Shown: positions 63,226 through 64,000 of the stretch, in pieces | How the letters are laid out: every line of letters begins with the position of its first letter | How positions within the stretch are numbered: position 1 is the first letter of the stretch | Origin: Callorhinchus milii | Taxonomy: Eukaryota | Direction: 5' to 3' | DNA length: 64,000 nt | Assembly: GCF_018977255.1 (NCBI RefSeq) | Contig: NW_024704742.1 | Location: forward strand, 72,356,001 to 72,420,000 | Made by a program: the position numbers and the translations under genes | The notes under the pieces: model-generated | The model's database searches: none | What the model was told of the DNA's origin: nothing | What the model saw: only the letters and a program-made list of their open reading frames with translations

Positions 63226-64000
63226 TTACTTTTTAACTCTAGTTTTACATTTATTAACTTACCCTAGCCCATTCTAAAATTAGATTCAACATCTTCTAGT
63301 CACCTTTCACATGTTCTTTCCCTTCATTTACACTCTCCATTTGTAGGAGGGTGGGAGTTTAGAAGAGCTGCGTTCTCATTGGGCTCAAAGACAGTTTTAC
63401 AGACTAAGAAAAACAACAACAACAACAAAAACTAAATTCAGATTGGATACCAATGTCCATATGTCCTCATGATCACAGAAATACCTATGTCTATTACATA
63501 TGTACCACAATAATTTGAATAGTCTATTGCCACAAGGAATATCAAATGCAAAGGTTATTTTGGGAATTATTTTGTAATTATTTCACAGCCAATGTTGTTC
63601 TCTGAATAGTGGGATGGGGCTTCTCAGCTACAGAGACAGATGGTGCTGAACCTAAAACTCCTGCGTCAAGGCCTTTATGACTGAAGGGAATCCTAAATGG
63701 AATAAAATTACTGTATAGCATTATTTTAACAGAGAAGGGAGTTTCTCCTAGTGTCCTGGTCAACAATCCTCCAAATAAAATTGGTCATTCACCTCCTGGC
63801 ATTAGACATTGCGACCAATTTTGCCTAAAAATACACAGTCACTGCACTTAGCACTGCACTTTCTGTAAAGAAGTTTGAGCCATTTCAATGTAATAGATGC
63901 CACATCAAAAGCAAGGATGACCTGGCTGAGTGCTCTAAATTTCACGCCAGTGCTGTAAACTGCTTGACAGCCAATACTTTATCACTCGTGCTCAATCCAA

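Noticed and set aside
62852..63236. Recurrent ORFs such as MGKFPYSTRLIIIPPK and [17 protein letters not shown]
   Set aside because: Chance translations of multi-copy SINEs, mostly from non-ATG starts.

Overview
AT-rich vertebrate genomic DNA. The repeat landscape (tRNA-Ala-headed SINE with a (TTA)n tail, Deu-domain SINEs, CR1 and L2 LINEs, a Penelope remnant) points to a cartilaginous fish, probably a chimaera; this is inference. One protein-coding gene is clearly recognisable: DDIT4L (REDD2/RTP801L) on the minus strand. It has two coding exons (37509-37395 and 28351-27864, 200 aa) joined by a phase-1 GT-AG intron of about 9.0 kb. A compact CpG-island promoter carries TATA, CRE, GC, CCAAT and NRF1 motifs. 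The most unusual structure is that this ~600 bp promoter/exon island is enclosed by two very large strand-asymmetric G/T-rich arrays. One is a ~6.5 kb hierarchical, mostly triplet-register repeat inside the intron (30885-37380) that reads on the sense strand as Pro/Ala/Thr (mucin/AFGP-like) codons. The other is a ~5.6 kb (TG)n/GGTGGTGGGTGTATT array upstream (37980-43560). The rest is mostly decayed and nested retroelements. These include an unclassified A-tailed repeat family (6 copies), a twice-present L2-tail/SINE composite, and an L2-derived pre-miRNA-sized hairpin. Nearly all other ORFs in the track are repeat artefacts. Repeat boundaries were set by eye and are approximate.
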